A DNA stretch of 57,088 nt. Origin: Chiloscyllium plagiosum. Lineage: Eukaryota. The notes under the pieces were generated by a model. The model searched no databases. It was not told the DNA's origin and saw only the letters and a program-made list of their open reading frames with translations. A program made the translations under genes and the position numbers. The number at the start of each line of letters is the position of its first letter. The stretch's first letter is position 1. The stretch is from assembly GCF_004010195.1 (NCBI RefSeq), contig NC_057727.1, positions 28,570,684-28,627,771 on the forward strand, read 5' to 3'. Positions 1-13,797 of the stretch are shown here, in pieces.

Positions 1-200
1 CTATCACCCTCATCTTAACCTCCTTCCACCTATCGCATTTCCAACGCCCCTCCCCCAAGTCCCTCCTCCCTACCTTTTATCTTAGCTTGCTTGGCACACT
101 CTCCTCATTCCTGAAGAAGGGCTTATGCCCGAAACGTCGATTCTCCTGCTCCCTGGATGCTGCCTGACCTGCTGCACTTTTCCGGCAACACATTTTCAGC
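1..200 (+). mobile_element. Penelope-like element 3' end (pseudo-LTR) with minimal hammerhead ribozyme motif
   Basis: CTGAAGA-AGGGC-TTAT-GCCC-GAAACGTC at 111-138; the same terminus follows GIY-YIG-derived sequence at 24609-25129. Confidence 0.75.
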
Positions 201-307
201 CAACATCCTGGTTAAGCCTTTCTGTACCCACTCCAAATCTTTCGGGTAAAAAGGAGAAAGTGAGGACTGCAGATGCTGGAGATCAGAGCTGAAAAATGTG
301 TGGCTTG

Positions 308-550
308 AGGCATGGCACTCATCCACAGATTCAAATCAATAAACACATCGACCTGGATCCAATATACCGACCACTGCAATGGACAGCTGGAACTGACAAC
401 CGGAAGCGGCAGATTCAAACCACTACAAATGCCGGAAAAAACATCACAGAAGTGTTTCACAGGAAGCTCCCAAGCACTGAGGATGTCACCTAGACAGGGG
501 ACGAAACGTCTGCAACACAAATTCCCAGCTCGACGAACAGAACCACAACA
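308..550 (+). mobile_element. Penelope-like element 3' fragment (second family)
   Basis: Nearly identical to 18944-19183; EAWHS-type GIY-YIG C-terminus plus CTGAGGA...GAAACGTC motif. Confidence 0.8.
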
Positions 551-720
551 GCTTTTAAAAGATTCCCACATGCCAGATCTGGAATTACCCTTAAATAGCT
601 GCCCCCAATTTACATTCCCCTGACCTGCCTAATATTGTGATAGCTAGCCTTTCCTTAATTAAGTCCTTTCACCCAAGGTCTATTCTTATCTGTTAATAGA
701 CCTTTCACCCAAGGTCTATT

Positions 721-812
721 ATTCCTGAAGAAGGGCCTGTGCCGAAACGTCGAATCTCCTGTTCCCTGGATGCTGCCTGACCTGCTGCGCTGTTCCAGCA
801 ATAAAGTTTCAA
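721..812 (+). mobile_element. Short PLE pseudo-LTR insertion with hammerhead motif
   Basis: ATTC-CTGAAGA-AGGGCCTGTGCC-GAAACGTC-GAAT; flanked by direct repeat CTATTCTTATCTGT at 680-693 and 813-826. Confidence 0.75.
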
Positions 813-2311
813 CTATTCTTATCTGTAATAACTTAGAACTTACAGAATTATGCTCACTGTTAATGTTTTTAAATTTATAAAAAGCTGCCCATTTTGAATG
901 CTAATTTTGCATACTTTTATAGAATATTTGATGTAATGATCCACATACATCGCTTTCTCATTAAATCATAAATTATTTGACCAAACAAAAAACATATTTA
1001 CAAATTTGAAGCTTATCGCTGACTACACTAACCAGTCCCATGCTACAGGATCTGTATTATGTTTTCCATGGATCTTCTGCAGAGTCTAAGTTAGACGTGA
1101 GAAAGCTGAACCGAAATACATCATCACCAGACTACTTCACTTCCCAAAACATTGCTTGTAGATACTATAATTGGATGGGAAGACAAAGGGTTCACTTCAC
1201 CATAAGCTAACTGGTGTCACCAAATGGCAAATGTATCACTGAACATGGAAAATGAATTTGGAAAATCTGTAGTTTTCTTAAAGTTACTAATTTTTGTTTC
1301 TAGGTGGCCAGTAAATTAAATGAACTTAGGCAGTGCCCTCCAATGGAAGCTATACAATGAAACAAGAAAATGTTTGAAATATAGCATTCATACTTTAACC
1401 ATAAAGCAAATAGACTTACAAATGAACAAATCAGTTGACATAAAATCTCTTTTTGTAGATCAAAGTTCTTGTTCCTCAATGATCTTTCCCTCACAAAAAA
1501 CAACAAATGATATTTTTCACATCCTGAGCATGTCCATGACTAGTAGGCATCACATGGTATACAGGGTCTTGCAGACAAATATATTTTAGCTTAATGGCAA
1601 GATATCCTTTCGTCTTTGTTGGAACCTTGTTACATTTTGACTCATTTTAGTCTAATTGGACAACATTGCTCCCTGCTGTTCCTAAACAGGGCACTTTCTG
1701 CAATGAGTGATTGGCACCCTTATTTCTCTAATAAAAGCCCAAGTGTTTGCAAGTCAAACAATTACTTTTAAGGAACTGTCATCATTGCATTGGTAAATAC
1801 CAGCAACCACTTCTTGTACAGCCAGATCCAAAGCAGCACTGACATAACTACTTCACCTTTCGAGACATTGAGTGATAACTACTAGTGAAGATTCTTCCCC
1901 TGCTTTTCTTGAAACAGTAATAATTGGATCTTTCAAATCCACACAATTAGCATCTTGACAATGCAGTATTCTTTCAGCAATATTATGAATGGTCTAACTA
2001 GATTATTTGGTCTCACTATTGTGTCTTATTTCCTTCACTGGCTGAAACTGGGACATTGAGCACAGTCACTGAGCAACATTTTAACAGTTGATTACAAATA
2101 TTAGTTCACTTAATCATTACATTTAATATGGTATTGAAATATATCACAGAACAGTTTTCATTCTTCACTTGCCCCTCCAAACCAGCAAGTGGTGGTGAAT
2201 TATATGCTTGTTAAAGTATGTTCTCCTGCTTTGGGATATAGAAGAGTAAACCTTGAAAAACAATTCACTGGAAGTTGCATTTAAAAACATTCCTGGTATA
2301 CACAAACATAC

Positions 2312-2352
2312 CTGGTATATACAAACAAAGTACCTTCTACATCAGTCTTCTC
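2312..2352 (-). CDS. DCP1A: mRNA-decapping enzyme subunit DCP1, coding exon 2 (EKTDVEGTLFVYTR, 41 nt)
   Basis: Minus strand reads polypyrimidine tract, CACAG|GAGAAGACTGATGTAGAAGGTACTTTGTTTGTATATACCAG|GTATGT; peptide matches the DCP1 EVH1 domain; phase 0 joins exon 1. Confidence 0.93.
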
Positions 2353-3679
2353 CTGTGTGAAGAAAAGAAAACAAAGTTAAGCCATCCAATGGCAAGGCTC
2401 TCACAATTCTGAAATAAAGCATTCATTGTAACCTGCAAAACTTACCTCTTGCCCTGCAACACTTCATTTGTTAACTACAAGAAATTCTTCATAACTCAAA
2501 AGACAATTAGATTACACGCTAGTTTAACAACTAGCTAATTCAAGCTGAACGTCTCTCAATTATGAGGTCCACTACTTTCCTGCAGACTACTAGGTGCAGT
2601 ATGATCGTCCACTCTGTCAAAACAGTAATATAACTGAAGTAAGTATGATGCAGACTTTAATGACAGTAGCCAAGAAGTTGTCAGTTTGCCCCATCAAGGT
2701 TCTTACCAAATGAAATGATGTGGAGATACCACTGTTGAACTGGAGTGGACACAGTCTGAAATCACGCAACAAATTGATTTGAAAGCACAAGCTTTCGGAG
2801 CTTAACCCCTTCATTCTACGCTCCAAAACCTTGTAATTTCAAATAAACCTGATGGACTATAACTTAGTGCTGTGTGATTACTAAAAGAAAACCATTCAAT
2901 GGAAGGTTAAATAGAGTCATGGAATAGTCATAGCACAGAAGATGGTAATTTAGCTAGTCATGCTCACACCAACTCCCTGAACAGCAAATCAGCTAGTCTC
3001 ATTCCACAATCCTTTCCACGTAGCTGTGAAACCTTTGTTTCCCTTCAAATCCTTAGCCAATTGTCTTCTGCCAATGACCCTATTCAAGACCATCAGTTAG
3101 AAGAAGAAATCCAGCTACCAGTAATTAAATGACAACTACACGACATTTCACTTGTTTAATAAAATCAAAAACTGTATTATACATCAGGAAGAATTCAACA
3201 AATTAAGCTTGATTACATCAACCCAATCACTGATTAGGACTTACGCTGTAAACTCACTTCTACCTTAAGAGTTTCCTTCCTGTACCAACTCCACAGGGTT
3301 GTTATTTTTTGTATAAATCAATTCAAAAAATGTAATGGAAGTCCTTCTGTTAATTTCTCTTAAGCTCTAGCACTGACTGTTGAGTCTCCAGCAGTGGCTC
3401 AAAACATTAGAGAACACCCCTTGGTCTTCTATAGTTTCAAACCGGAACCAAGCTGATTACTTCTAGCAGGACTCCAGTTGCAACTCGATTAACTGACTCT
3501 TAGAGGATTTCAATAGATTGATTTCATTAACTTATGGCTAAATAAATATTCCAACTTTTAACTTTTGCCAATTTTGGCTTATGGAAAATATCAGCTCCAA
3601 ATTGCAGGCTACAGCATTGTCTATCAATCTTGTATTTATGCTGTTTAAGATGGAGGATGTCTGTTTTTCTCTCTTGTAC

Positions 3680-5225
3680 TATAGCCAAATTTGTGGATTC
3701 CACAAGAATAGGTAGGAAGGCAAGTGGTAAGCATGGCACAAAAAGTGTCTGCACAGGTTAAGCAAGTGGACCAAAATTTTACAGATGGAATATAATGTGG
3801 GGAAATGTGAGGTTATACACGTTGGCAGGAAGATTAGAAGAGTTGAATATTATTTAAGTGAAAAAGGACTACAGAAAGTCACCAAACAGATGGATTTGGG
3901 AGTCCTTGCACATGAATCATAAAATGCTAGCAAAAGTTCAACAGATAATAGGGAAGGCAAAAAGAATGTTGGTCTTTATTTCAAAGGGAACAGGAATCTA
4001 AAAAGAGAGATTTTGCGAAATCTATACAAGGCAATAGTCAGACTGCAGCTGCAATACGGTGAAAAGGGATCCAAAATTTATGTCAGGGTAGATAATTTGA
4101 CACTCTCAAGATTGGAATAATAAAAACTTTCATTTTACTGAAAGTCTATTTTATTTCTGCTGTCAGTTTCATGCTGAAACACTACAAAGGTATTTTAATC
4201 AAATATAGGAGTTTGGAAGTCATGTTACATCTGGACAGGACATTGGTCTTAGAATATTGTGTGCAATTCTAGTCTCCCTGCTGTTGGAACGATGTTGTGA
4301 AACATGAAAGGGTTCAAAAAAGATTTACAAGATGTTGCCAGGGTTGGAGGATTTGAGCCATAGGGAGAGGCTGAATAGGCTGGGGCCGTTTGTCCTGGAA
4401 CATCAGAGGCTGAGGGGTAACCTTTATGGAGGTTTATAAAATCATGAGGGGTGTGGATAGGATAAATAGGCAAAGTCTGTTCCCTGGGGTGGGGGAGTCC
4501 AGAACTAGAGGGCATAGGTTTAGGGGGAGATGGGAAAGATTCTTTCACGCATGCATGGAATGAGGTGCCAGAGGAAGTAGTGGAGGCTGGTACAATTGCA
4601 ACATTTAAAACACATTTGGATGGATGTATGAGTAGGAAGTATTCAGAAGGATATGGGTCAAGTGCCTGCAACGGGACGAGATAAGGTTGGGATATCTGGT
4701 CGTCACGGAGGGGTTGGACCAAAGGGTCTGTTTCCATGCTGTACATCTTTATGACTGAGATAATGCTGGCATTGGAGGCAATCCAAAGAAGGTTCAGTGA
4801 GCTGATCCCAGGTACAGAGGAACGATACAGTGAGTAGAGATTGGGCCTGTACTCACTAGAACATAGAAGTATAACAGGTCACCTCATTGAAATATGAGAT
4901 TCTTAAGAGACTTGGGGTAAATGCAGTATGGTTGTTTCTTCTTCTGAGAGAGTTTAGGGCTGGGGCCTAATCTCAGCCTGAGGGGTCACACATCTAAAAT
5001 TGTGATAACGAAAAATTGTGACAAGGAGAAATTTCTTCTGAAGCTAGTGAATCAGTGGAAATCTTCATTGCAGAAGGCTGAAGTTGATTTTTAATTAGTA
5101 ACAAGGGTAATGGAGAAAAAGCAGGAAAGTAGAATTGAGGACACAGATCAGCTATGATCTTATTGAATGGCAGAGCAGATTTGATGGACTGAATGGCCTA
5201 CTTCTACTCCCATCTCTTATGGACT
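3680..5225 (+). mobile_element. Old CR1-type LINE RT/3' fragments with a younger CR1 3' end nested at about 4200-4755
   Basis: Degenerate WQMEYNVGKCEV-like and LEYCVQFWS-like segments; CR1 3' UTR. Confidence 0.75.
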
Positions 5226-5714
5226 TCCAAGGAACTACAACTACAGAAGACCCAAAGATAACACAGTCTCTTAGCTGCCTTATCAAATACAGTCAGTCTT
5301 GCTTGCCATGGCTAAACTAAATTTAGAAATAGATGAAAAAAAAAATTCTCTTCATTCCAAGCATCGCAAAAGACAACGTTACACAAATGGTCAGTTCCCA
5401 GATAAAAGTTCTAATTAATTTCCTTTTTATTCCAAGACTTTTGTTTAATGTGGGAAATCACATGAATAACTGGTCAATTAGTGCAATAACTACAAACATC
5501 ATAGCCAGCATTTTTCAATGGCCAGATTGTGATTTCTGCAGCCTGGAGGAGAGTGGCACACAGGAACCCTGTGGAATACCTGATGCAATAGACTCTAAAG
5601 GAATCGACTGAGAAATAGAATCTATCCTTTACACCATGGTCCTGACACCCTGCAGTCTAACCTCAACACCCAACCCTGCCATTCCCTAAATTCTAAAATC
5701 AACCCGTTTGGAAA

Positions 5715-5892
5715 TATTTGTACATACTCCTGCAGCAAGTGAGACTGGAGCCTGGGCTTCCTAGCAACCCACTTTTTTTTCAAATTTCTGAATCAACCCC
5801 TTCAGAGACGTTATCACGTAACTCTGGGTACTTGAACCCAAGCCTCCTGGTCCAAAGATACAGACATTCCCACTGTACCACAATAGCCCTCA
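5715..5892 (-). mobile_element. tRNA-derived SINE remnant
   Basis: Minus strand TGGTACAGTGG (A box) and GGTTCAAGTACC (B box); head related to copies at 26561 and 36466. Confidence 0.55.
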
Positions 5893-5989
5893 TTCCCATG
5901 TCTCCAGTTCTTTCATTCAGCCCACCTGCTGTTTATGATCTTAAATTTCTAGCTGTTCACTTCCTAAGTTACAATAGCCCTGATCTTTT

Positions 5990-8900
5990 AAGTACAATGT
6001 TGTGGCTATTACGGAGACATGGGTAGAACAGGGACAGGATTGGCTGTTGCAGGTCCCAGGGTTTAAATGTTTTAGTAGGGTCAGAGGTGGGAGTAAAAGA
6101 GGGGGAGGTGTGGCATTGCTTGTCAAAGATAGTATTACAGCTGTGGAAAGGACGATGGATGAAGACTCGCCATCTGAGGTAGTTTGGGCTGAGGTTAGGA
6201 ATAGGAAAGGTGAGCTCACCCTGTTAGGAGTTTCTTACAGACCTCCTAATAGTCCTAGAAACGTAGAAAGGATTGCGAGGATGATTCAAGAGAAGAGGGA
6301 AAGTAATAGGGTGGTTGTTATGGGGGACTTTAACTTTCCTGATATTGATTGGGAAAGCTATAGCTCAAGTTCGTTAGATGGGTCAGTGTTTGTCCAATGT
6401 GTGCAGGAGGGTTTCCTGACACAATATGTAGATAGGCCAACAAGAGGTGAGGCCATACTGGATTTGGTTCTGGGTAATGAACCAGGCCAGGTGTTAGAAT
6501 TAGAGGTAGGTGAGCACTTTGGGGACAGTGACCACAATTCGGTGACTTTTACTCTAGTGATGGAGAGGGATAAGTGTGCACTACAGGGCAAGAGTTATAG
6601 CTGGGGGCAGGGAAATTATGATGCGGGGAGGCATGACTTAGGATGTGTGGCTTGGAAAAGTAACTCCAAGGCAAGAGTGTAAATGATATGTGGAACTTGT
6701 CCAAGGGGCAACTATTGAGTGTCCTTGATAATTATGTACCTGTCAGGCAGGGAGGAAAGGGTCATGCGAGGGAGCCGTGGTTTAATAAGGAATTGGAATC
6801 CCTTGTAAAATGGAAGAGGGCGGCCTATCTCAAGATGAGACGTGAAGGTTCAATTGGGGCGATTGAGAGTTATAGGGTAGCCAGGAAGGACCTGAAGAGA
6901 GAGCTAAAAGCAGCAAGGAGGGGACATGAAAGGTCCTTAGTAGATAGGATTAGGGAAAACCCTAAGGCTTTCTATAGGTATGTTAGGAATAAAAGAATGA
7001 CTAGGGTAGGAATAGGTCCAGTCAAGGATAGTAGTGGGAAGTTGCGTGTGGAGGCGGAAGAGATTGGGGAGACACTGAATGAATACTTTTCTTCAGTATT
7101 CACTCAGGAACAGGGCATTGTTGTCGATGAGAATACTGAGGCACAAATAAGTAGAATGGATGGCTTTGAGGTATGTAGAGAAGAGGTGTTGGAAATCCTG
7201 GAAAAGGTGAAAATAGATAAGTCCCCTGGGCCTGATGGCATTTATCCTAGGATTCTCTGGGAAGCAAGGGAGGAGATTGCAGAGCCATTGGCCTTGATTT
7301 TTATGTCCTCTTTGTCTACAGGAGTAGTCCCAGAAGACTGGAGGATAGCAAATGTGGTTCCCTTGTTCAAAAAGGGGAGTAGGGATAGCCCTAGTAACTA
7401 TAGGCCGGTGAGTCTCACTTCTGTTGTGGGCAAAGTCTTAGAGAGAATTGTAAGGGATAGGATTTATGAACATCTGGATAGGAATAATGTGATCAAGGAT
7501 AGTCAGCATGGTTTTGTGAAGGGAAAGTCGTGCCTCACAAACCTTATTGAATTCTTTGAAAAGGTGACAAAGGAGGTTGATGAGGGGAAAGCGGTAGATG
7601 TGGTATAAATGGATNNNNNNNNNNNNNNNNNNNNNNNNNNNNNNNNNNNNNNNNNNNNNNNNNNNNNNNNNNNNNNNNNNNNNNNNNNNNNNNNNNNNNN
7701 NNNNNNNNNNNNNNNNNNNNNNNNNNNNNNNNNNNNNNNNNNNNNNNNNNNNNNNNNNNNNNNNNNNNNNNNNNNNNNNNNNNNNNNNNNNNNNNNNNNN
7801 NNNNNNNNNNNNNNNNNNNNNNNNNNNNNNNNNNNNNNNNNNNNNNNNNNNNNNNNNNNNNNNNNNNNNNNNNNNNNNNNNNNNNNNNNNNNNNNNNNNN
7901 NNNNNNNNNNNNNNNNNNNNNNNNNNNNNNNNNNNNNNNNNNNNNNNNNNNNNNNNNNNNNNNNNNNNNNNNNNNNNNNNNNNNNNNNNNNNNNNNNNNN
8001 NNNNNNNNNNNNNNNNNNNNNNNNNNNNNNNNNNNNNNNNNNNNNNNNNNNNNNNNNNNNNNNNNNNNNNNNNNNNNNNNNNNNNNNNNNNNNNNNNNNN
8101 NNNNNNNNNNNNNNNNNNNNNNNNNNNNNNNNNNNNNNNNNNNNNNNNNNNNNNNNNNNNNNNNNNNNNNNNNNNNNNNNNNNNNNNNNNNNNNNNNNNN
8201 NNNNNNNNNNNNNNNNNNNNNNNNNNNNNNNNNNNNNNNNNNNNNNNNNNNNNNNNNNNNNNNNNNNNNNNNNNNNNNNNNNNNNNNNNNNNNNNNNNNN
8301 NNNNNNNNNNNNNNNNNNNNNNNNNNNNNNNNNNNNNNNNNNNNNNNNNNNNNNNNNNNNNNNNNNNNNNNNNNNNNNNNNNNNNNNNNNNNNNNNNNNN
8401 NNNNNNNNNNNNNNNNNNNNNNNNNNNNNNNNNNNNNNNNNNNNNNNNNNNNNNNNNNNNNNNNNNNNNNNNNNNNNNNNNNNNNNNNNNNNNNNNNNNN
8501 NNNNNNNNNNNNNNNNNNNNNNNNNNNNNNNNNNNNNNNNNNNNNNNNNNNNGGGTTCAGAGGAGGTTTACCAGGATGTTGCTTGGTATGGTAGAAAGAT
8601 CGTATGAGGAAAGGTTGAGGCACTTGGGGTTGTTTTCATTGGAGAAAAGAAGGTTTAGGGGTGACTTGATAGAGGTGTACAAGATGATTAGGGGTTTAGA
8701 TAGGGTCGACAGTGAGAATCTTTTTCCACGTATGGAGTCAGCTATTACAGGGGGGAAAACCTTTAAATTAAGGGGGGATACGTATAGGACAGATGTTAGG
8801 GGTAGGTTCTTTACTCAGCGGGTCGTGGGTTCATGGAATGCCCTGCCAGTAGCAGTGGTGGACTCTCCCTCATTATGGGCATTTAAGTGGGCATTGGATA

Positions 8901-9006
8901 GGCATATGGAGGATACTGGGCTAGTGTAGGTTAGGTGGGCTTGGATTGGCGCAACATCAAGGGCCGAAGGGCCTGTACTGCGCTGTATTCTTCTATGTTC
9001 TATGTA
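5990..9006 (+). mobile_element. CR1 LINE ORF2 (APE endonuclease + reverse transcriptase), disrupted, with assembly gap 7615-8552
   Basis: AITETW, GDFNFPDIDW, LDLVL, SDHN, KSPGPDGI, NYRPVSLTS and SQHGF motifs; (TTCTATG)n tail. Confidence 0.95.
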
Positions 9007-9249
9007 CAAAAACTTCTAAGCCTGTTTGAATTTTATTTACTTCAGGGTTATTTTACCAGGTTCTCAACCAGATACCACCATTTTCTGCAAATGAAAACAT
9101 TAATCCGAAAATCCAAGAGTTATATTCTAAAATATACAATAGATTAGATACTCAACATTTTTCAAAACACAACTGAATCAACCTCCACTACATGCTCAGG
9201 GGTTACATTCAAGATCCTTCTGTTTGACTCTAAGATGAGCAAAAGTCCG

Positions 9250-10252
9250 ATAGCACGGAGAAAGGCCCTTTGGCCCAAACTGGTACATGTCAACCAAAAA
9301 TGTCCACCTACCCTAACCTTACTTCCCTGCACTTGGCCCATATCCTTCTAAGCCTTTCCTATCCATGTATTTATCCAAATGCCTTTTAACTGTTGTTAAA
9401 TGTGCTTGGCTCAACCACTTCCACTAACAGCTTATTCCATACGCGTACCACTCTGTGTAAAAAAGTTACCCCTCAGGTTTCCTTTTATTCCTTCCCCTCT
9501 AACCTTAAACTGATGCCCTCTAGTCCTCGATTCCCAAATCCTGGGAAAAAGACTGAGTGCATTCATCCCATCCATGCCTCTCATGATCTTATACACCTCT
9601 AAGGAGCTCCCTCAGTCTCATATACTCTAAAGAAAAACGTCAGAGCTTGTCCAACCTCTCCCTATAACTTAGACCCTCGAGTCCTGACAACGTCCTTGCA
9701 AATTCCTTCTGCACTCTTTCCAGTTTGATAACATCCTTCCCACAGCAAGGTGACCAAAACTGAACACAATACTCCAAGTACAACCTCACCAACATCCTGT
9801 ACAATTGCATCATAACTTTCCAACTTCTATGAAGGCCAGTGTGCCAAAACCTTTCTTCACTGCCCGATGTACCCATGACTCCACTTTGAGAGAACCTTGC
9901 ACCCGGAGTCTAAGATCCCTCTGTTCCACTACACTCCTTAAGGCCCTACCATTCGCCATGAAACTCCTACCTTGATTTGACTTTCCAAAACACAAGTCTT
10001 CACACTTAGCTATATTCAACTCCATTTGGCATTTCTCAGCCCAGCTGGTCAAAGCCCTGCTGCAATTTGTGACAACCTTCCTCTCTGTCCCTATTACCTC
10101 CTATTTTAGTGCCATCTGCAAACTTACTAATCATATCTTGCACATTCTCATCCAAATCATTGGTATAGATAATAAACAGCAATGGGTCCAGCACCAATCC
10201 CCAAGGAACTCCACTCATCACAGGCCTCCATTCCGACAAGCATCCTACCATC
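9250..10252 (-). mobile_element. CR1 LINE RT/3' fragment
   Basis: ORFs with SGVP.G.VL.PLLF, SKFADGTK and LEYCVQFWSP. Confidence 0.9.
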
Positions 10253-12289
10253 AAGCCAAATCATGTTGAGTTTGTTGGAGTTATATTTGCTGCAAGCTCC
10301 GGAGAGGTTTCTCATTGAATCTTACCACATTAATTGTTGTTCCCACCCCAAAGATTTGTATCATATCCATTTTTCATCTCATCCTACCACACACTGTTCT
10401 CAGAACAGCTCTCTACACACTGGATATCCTAGAACTGACCAACATTCCTGATGCAAATACCATTTTCAAAAGCACATTATACAACCAGACACACACTCAC
10501 TGTCAGTCCAGAGCTGCCTTGCATGGTTTCTGACACTGGGCTCAGACTTGGCAAATGGGGAGATCTGTGCCCCATTTTGCAGACAGTGGCCTGGAGGTCC
10601 TGCTAGAAGGGACAGCATACAGGTGGGACATCTTCTTCTCAAGGACTAGGGTTGGAAGCCATATCATCAGATCATGATAAACTGCTCTGAGTTTGCCACT
10701 GTTATAAAACACAAAGTTTGCCACCTGGAGGAAAGCCCAGCATCTTCTGTTACCTCACACTCACTCTCTGCTATTGTATTCACCTCCCTCAAAGCTTTAA
10801 CACTGTATTGCCTTAAATACCTTCCTCACTTGCCATCCCCCACACCAACAATCCCCATTACCACTAACCTTGCATGCCCTTTGTGCTGGCTACTCATTCA
10901 CTTGGGATACTTTCCCATTTCCACCTGCAGTATTAGTTGCGCCACTCACTTTCACCTTCAGTTTGCTGTTGGTTCTTTTGCAGTCACATTATACCAACAC
11001 CCCGTGGTTCTTCACCCTTCTGCAAATTAGAACATTTTCCTCCATTTTCTGTGCCTGGGCCATTCAATGTTTCAGTCACCCTGACCAAACTTTGGTAAGC
11101 AAAACAAACCCAGCTACTCCAATTTATTTATTACTTAAAAACTGGAACAGAAATGGAAACAATAAATTCACAAGTTTTCTATTAATAAAGAATCTTTCAC
11201 AGATTTCACTAAGTCAATTAAAATGAGAGTTTTCCTCAAAGTTGACATGTCATCTCTCTCGTTCTAAGTGGCCTTCAGATCTTGAAAATTTTAACTTGAG
11301 GTTAGTCACACAGAAAAAAGGATTAAATGAGCCCCCTCAAAAAAGGACAGAGAATAGAGTGGGAATTATTAGTACCCGATGTTGAGGCGTTGGGAGTGGG
11401 GGGGAAAGGTTTGTCAGATGTAATTAATTGAAACATTTAATGTAAATTGAACAGATGCTCAATATGTCAATTGCTTCAGTCAGTTGATAAATCATAACTC
11501 AGACGATGAATAGGGTTTTAAACTAAAACAGTGGGGTGGTGGGAGTCTATTTGAAGGAAAGTTTAGAAATATAAAAAGAAACCAAGGAAACTGCAATTTC
11601 GCACTTTGGTAAAGACAAGGGAATGGGACAGAACATGATATACAGCCTACAAGCCAGTTATGCTAATCAATATGACCAATGCGAATCAGATTGTAGCCTT
11701 TGTGCCACTCTTGTTCCCTCACAACTCAAGTCTTCCAAAGTCCCAGAAAGATACTTAGGTAAGGTTATAAATATTTGAGCATAGGCTGTCCATATATTTA
11801 TGAAAAGGTTCTGGGATAAGATAGCTAATTAGTTTTGTGCCTGATGCAAGGTTAATATGTTTCATGTTCTCATGGCAAGGAGGGCAGAGGAGGATATTCC
11901 TGCAATCAGGTAATAGGCTTCTTTACAAATCAATGAACATAAGTGACAATAAAGGTTCTTTGTGGTCAGAGAGAGAAAACACTGCTTGATGTTGCAAGGT
12001 ACAACAGCCGGATGCAAAGGGAAGATGGTCTTTATTCAAGGAGGTATATTCTGCAATCTTCTACAAATCCTTGGAGATGGATTCTGTTTCCCCCAGCATA
12101 ACAAAAGAGGCTTTGTTGCCAGTAGTAGCCTTAAGAATCATCTCCAAAAAAATGAGGAAAGCATTTAGAGACATTAATCAAAATAATACTGCTCATTAAG
12201 AGCAGATAAAAACTCATTGGAAACTGAATAAAAACTGTAGACTGCTTGAGAAAACTGTACGCCCCTGGAGAGTACATAGGGTCTACGAA

Positions 12290-13420
12290 TACAATGGTAA
12301 TGTAGATTCTACAGAAGAATAGGAAAATAATGTCTAAATAGCTAGCTGGAGTTTTTTGAAGTAACAGAAAAGTTCAATGAGATTCATGCTGTTGATGTGT
12401 ATATGGAATTTCAGAAGGTATTAGATTAAGTGCCAAACAACAGATTTGGGAGGAAAGTTATTGGTCATGGTATATGAGGGACAGTAACAATGTGGATACA
12501 CAATCAGCATTGACAATAATGGTTAATGAATATTTTTCAGGCTGGAAGATGATTAGCAATGCGGTTCACACAGATCAGCATTGGGACCTTTCCTTTACTA
12601 ATATAGAAACATAGAAAATAGGAACAGGAGTGGGCTATTCAGGTCTTTTAAATCTCCTCTACCATTCAATATGATCACTGCTAATTATCCTATGCAGCAT
12701 CACGATTCCACTTTCTCCCCATACCTTTTAATCCCTTTTGCTCCAAGGAATGTATCTAACTCACTCCTTCTTGAAAATACATATTATGATCTAGCTCTTG
12801 GTGTGTAGGAGGTAATTTCAAAGTTTGTAGATAACACAAAACTTAAGAGTTGTAAAATGTAAGGATGACAGTATCAGACTCCAGGGGACATTGACAAGTT
12901 TAGGGCGTGGGCAGATAAATGGCAGATGAGTTTCAAAGCTGAGAAGAATTTTAGTAGGAAGAACATTAAGAAAATAAAGGATAAAATTCTAAGGGAGTGT
13001 AGGAGCAGAAGGACCTAGGTCTGAATGTCCAGAGATCACTGAAAGTGGTGGGAAAGATATAGAGTGTACTAAGTTAAGCATACAGTATCCTTGGGTGAAG
13101 GATTATTGAACCAGATACCTGATGTGGTGTCACTTGACTGAGATACCTAAAGTCAGATATTTGATTGATATTCAGTGACTTCCCTGTTGGAACCAGGGGT
13201 GAAGATGAGGAGAAACCTTTTCACTCCACAGGAAGTTAGGGTCTGGAATGCACTTGAAGTGTGGTGAAGGCAGATCCCATTCAGGCATTCAAGAGAGTGG
13301 GGTTGGGAGATAATCTGGATAAAAATAATGTGCAAGGTTGTGGGGAAAGGCACTTGCTAATGTTGCCTATTAATAAGCAGGTATCGACACAATGGCCTCC
13401 TTCTGCACTGTAACACTTGT
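12290..13420 (+). mobile_element. Old CR1 LINE fragments, interrupted by a minus-strand CR1 3' end (about 12603-12780) and a 91-bp templated insert
   Basis: Degenerate VDVYMEFQK, SKFVDNTK and WADKWQM segments. Confidence 0.7.
13100..13190. repeat. Arm 1 of a perfect 91-bp inverted repeat (partner 13798-13888)
   Basis: Exact reverse complement of 13798-13888 by manual comparison. Confidence 0.93.
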
Positions 13421-13797
13421 GAAAGTATAAGTTGCTGACAAAAAGGAAACAGTCTTTTAATATATTTCAATCATTTGTGACAAAATTTTAAAGTGTGAAA
13501 CCTTATTGGGTAATCCTTTGAACCAGTATTGAAAATTCAAGTATCTTTTTAAAAATGTTTCCAATCTCAAATAATACATCATAGCAAATTCAAAATAAAA
13601 ATTGCAGGATGCCAGGAGTCTGATGAAGAATAGGTAGATACTCTATTGATTCAACATAGATTGCTCTTAATATGTACCTTCTTCCTCAATATAATTTTGA
13701 TCCTGATGAATAAAACCTTTGGCGGTGCATTTGAAGAATCCCAGCATTCAATATTTAACAAGGTCCTGTCCTGCTCCATTTACTAAACAAATACTTG

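Noticed and set aside
7544-8929. Long ORFs spanning poly-X
   Set aside because: Artefacts of the N gap at 7615-8552 within a CR1
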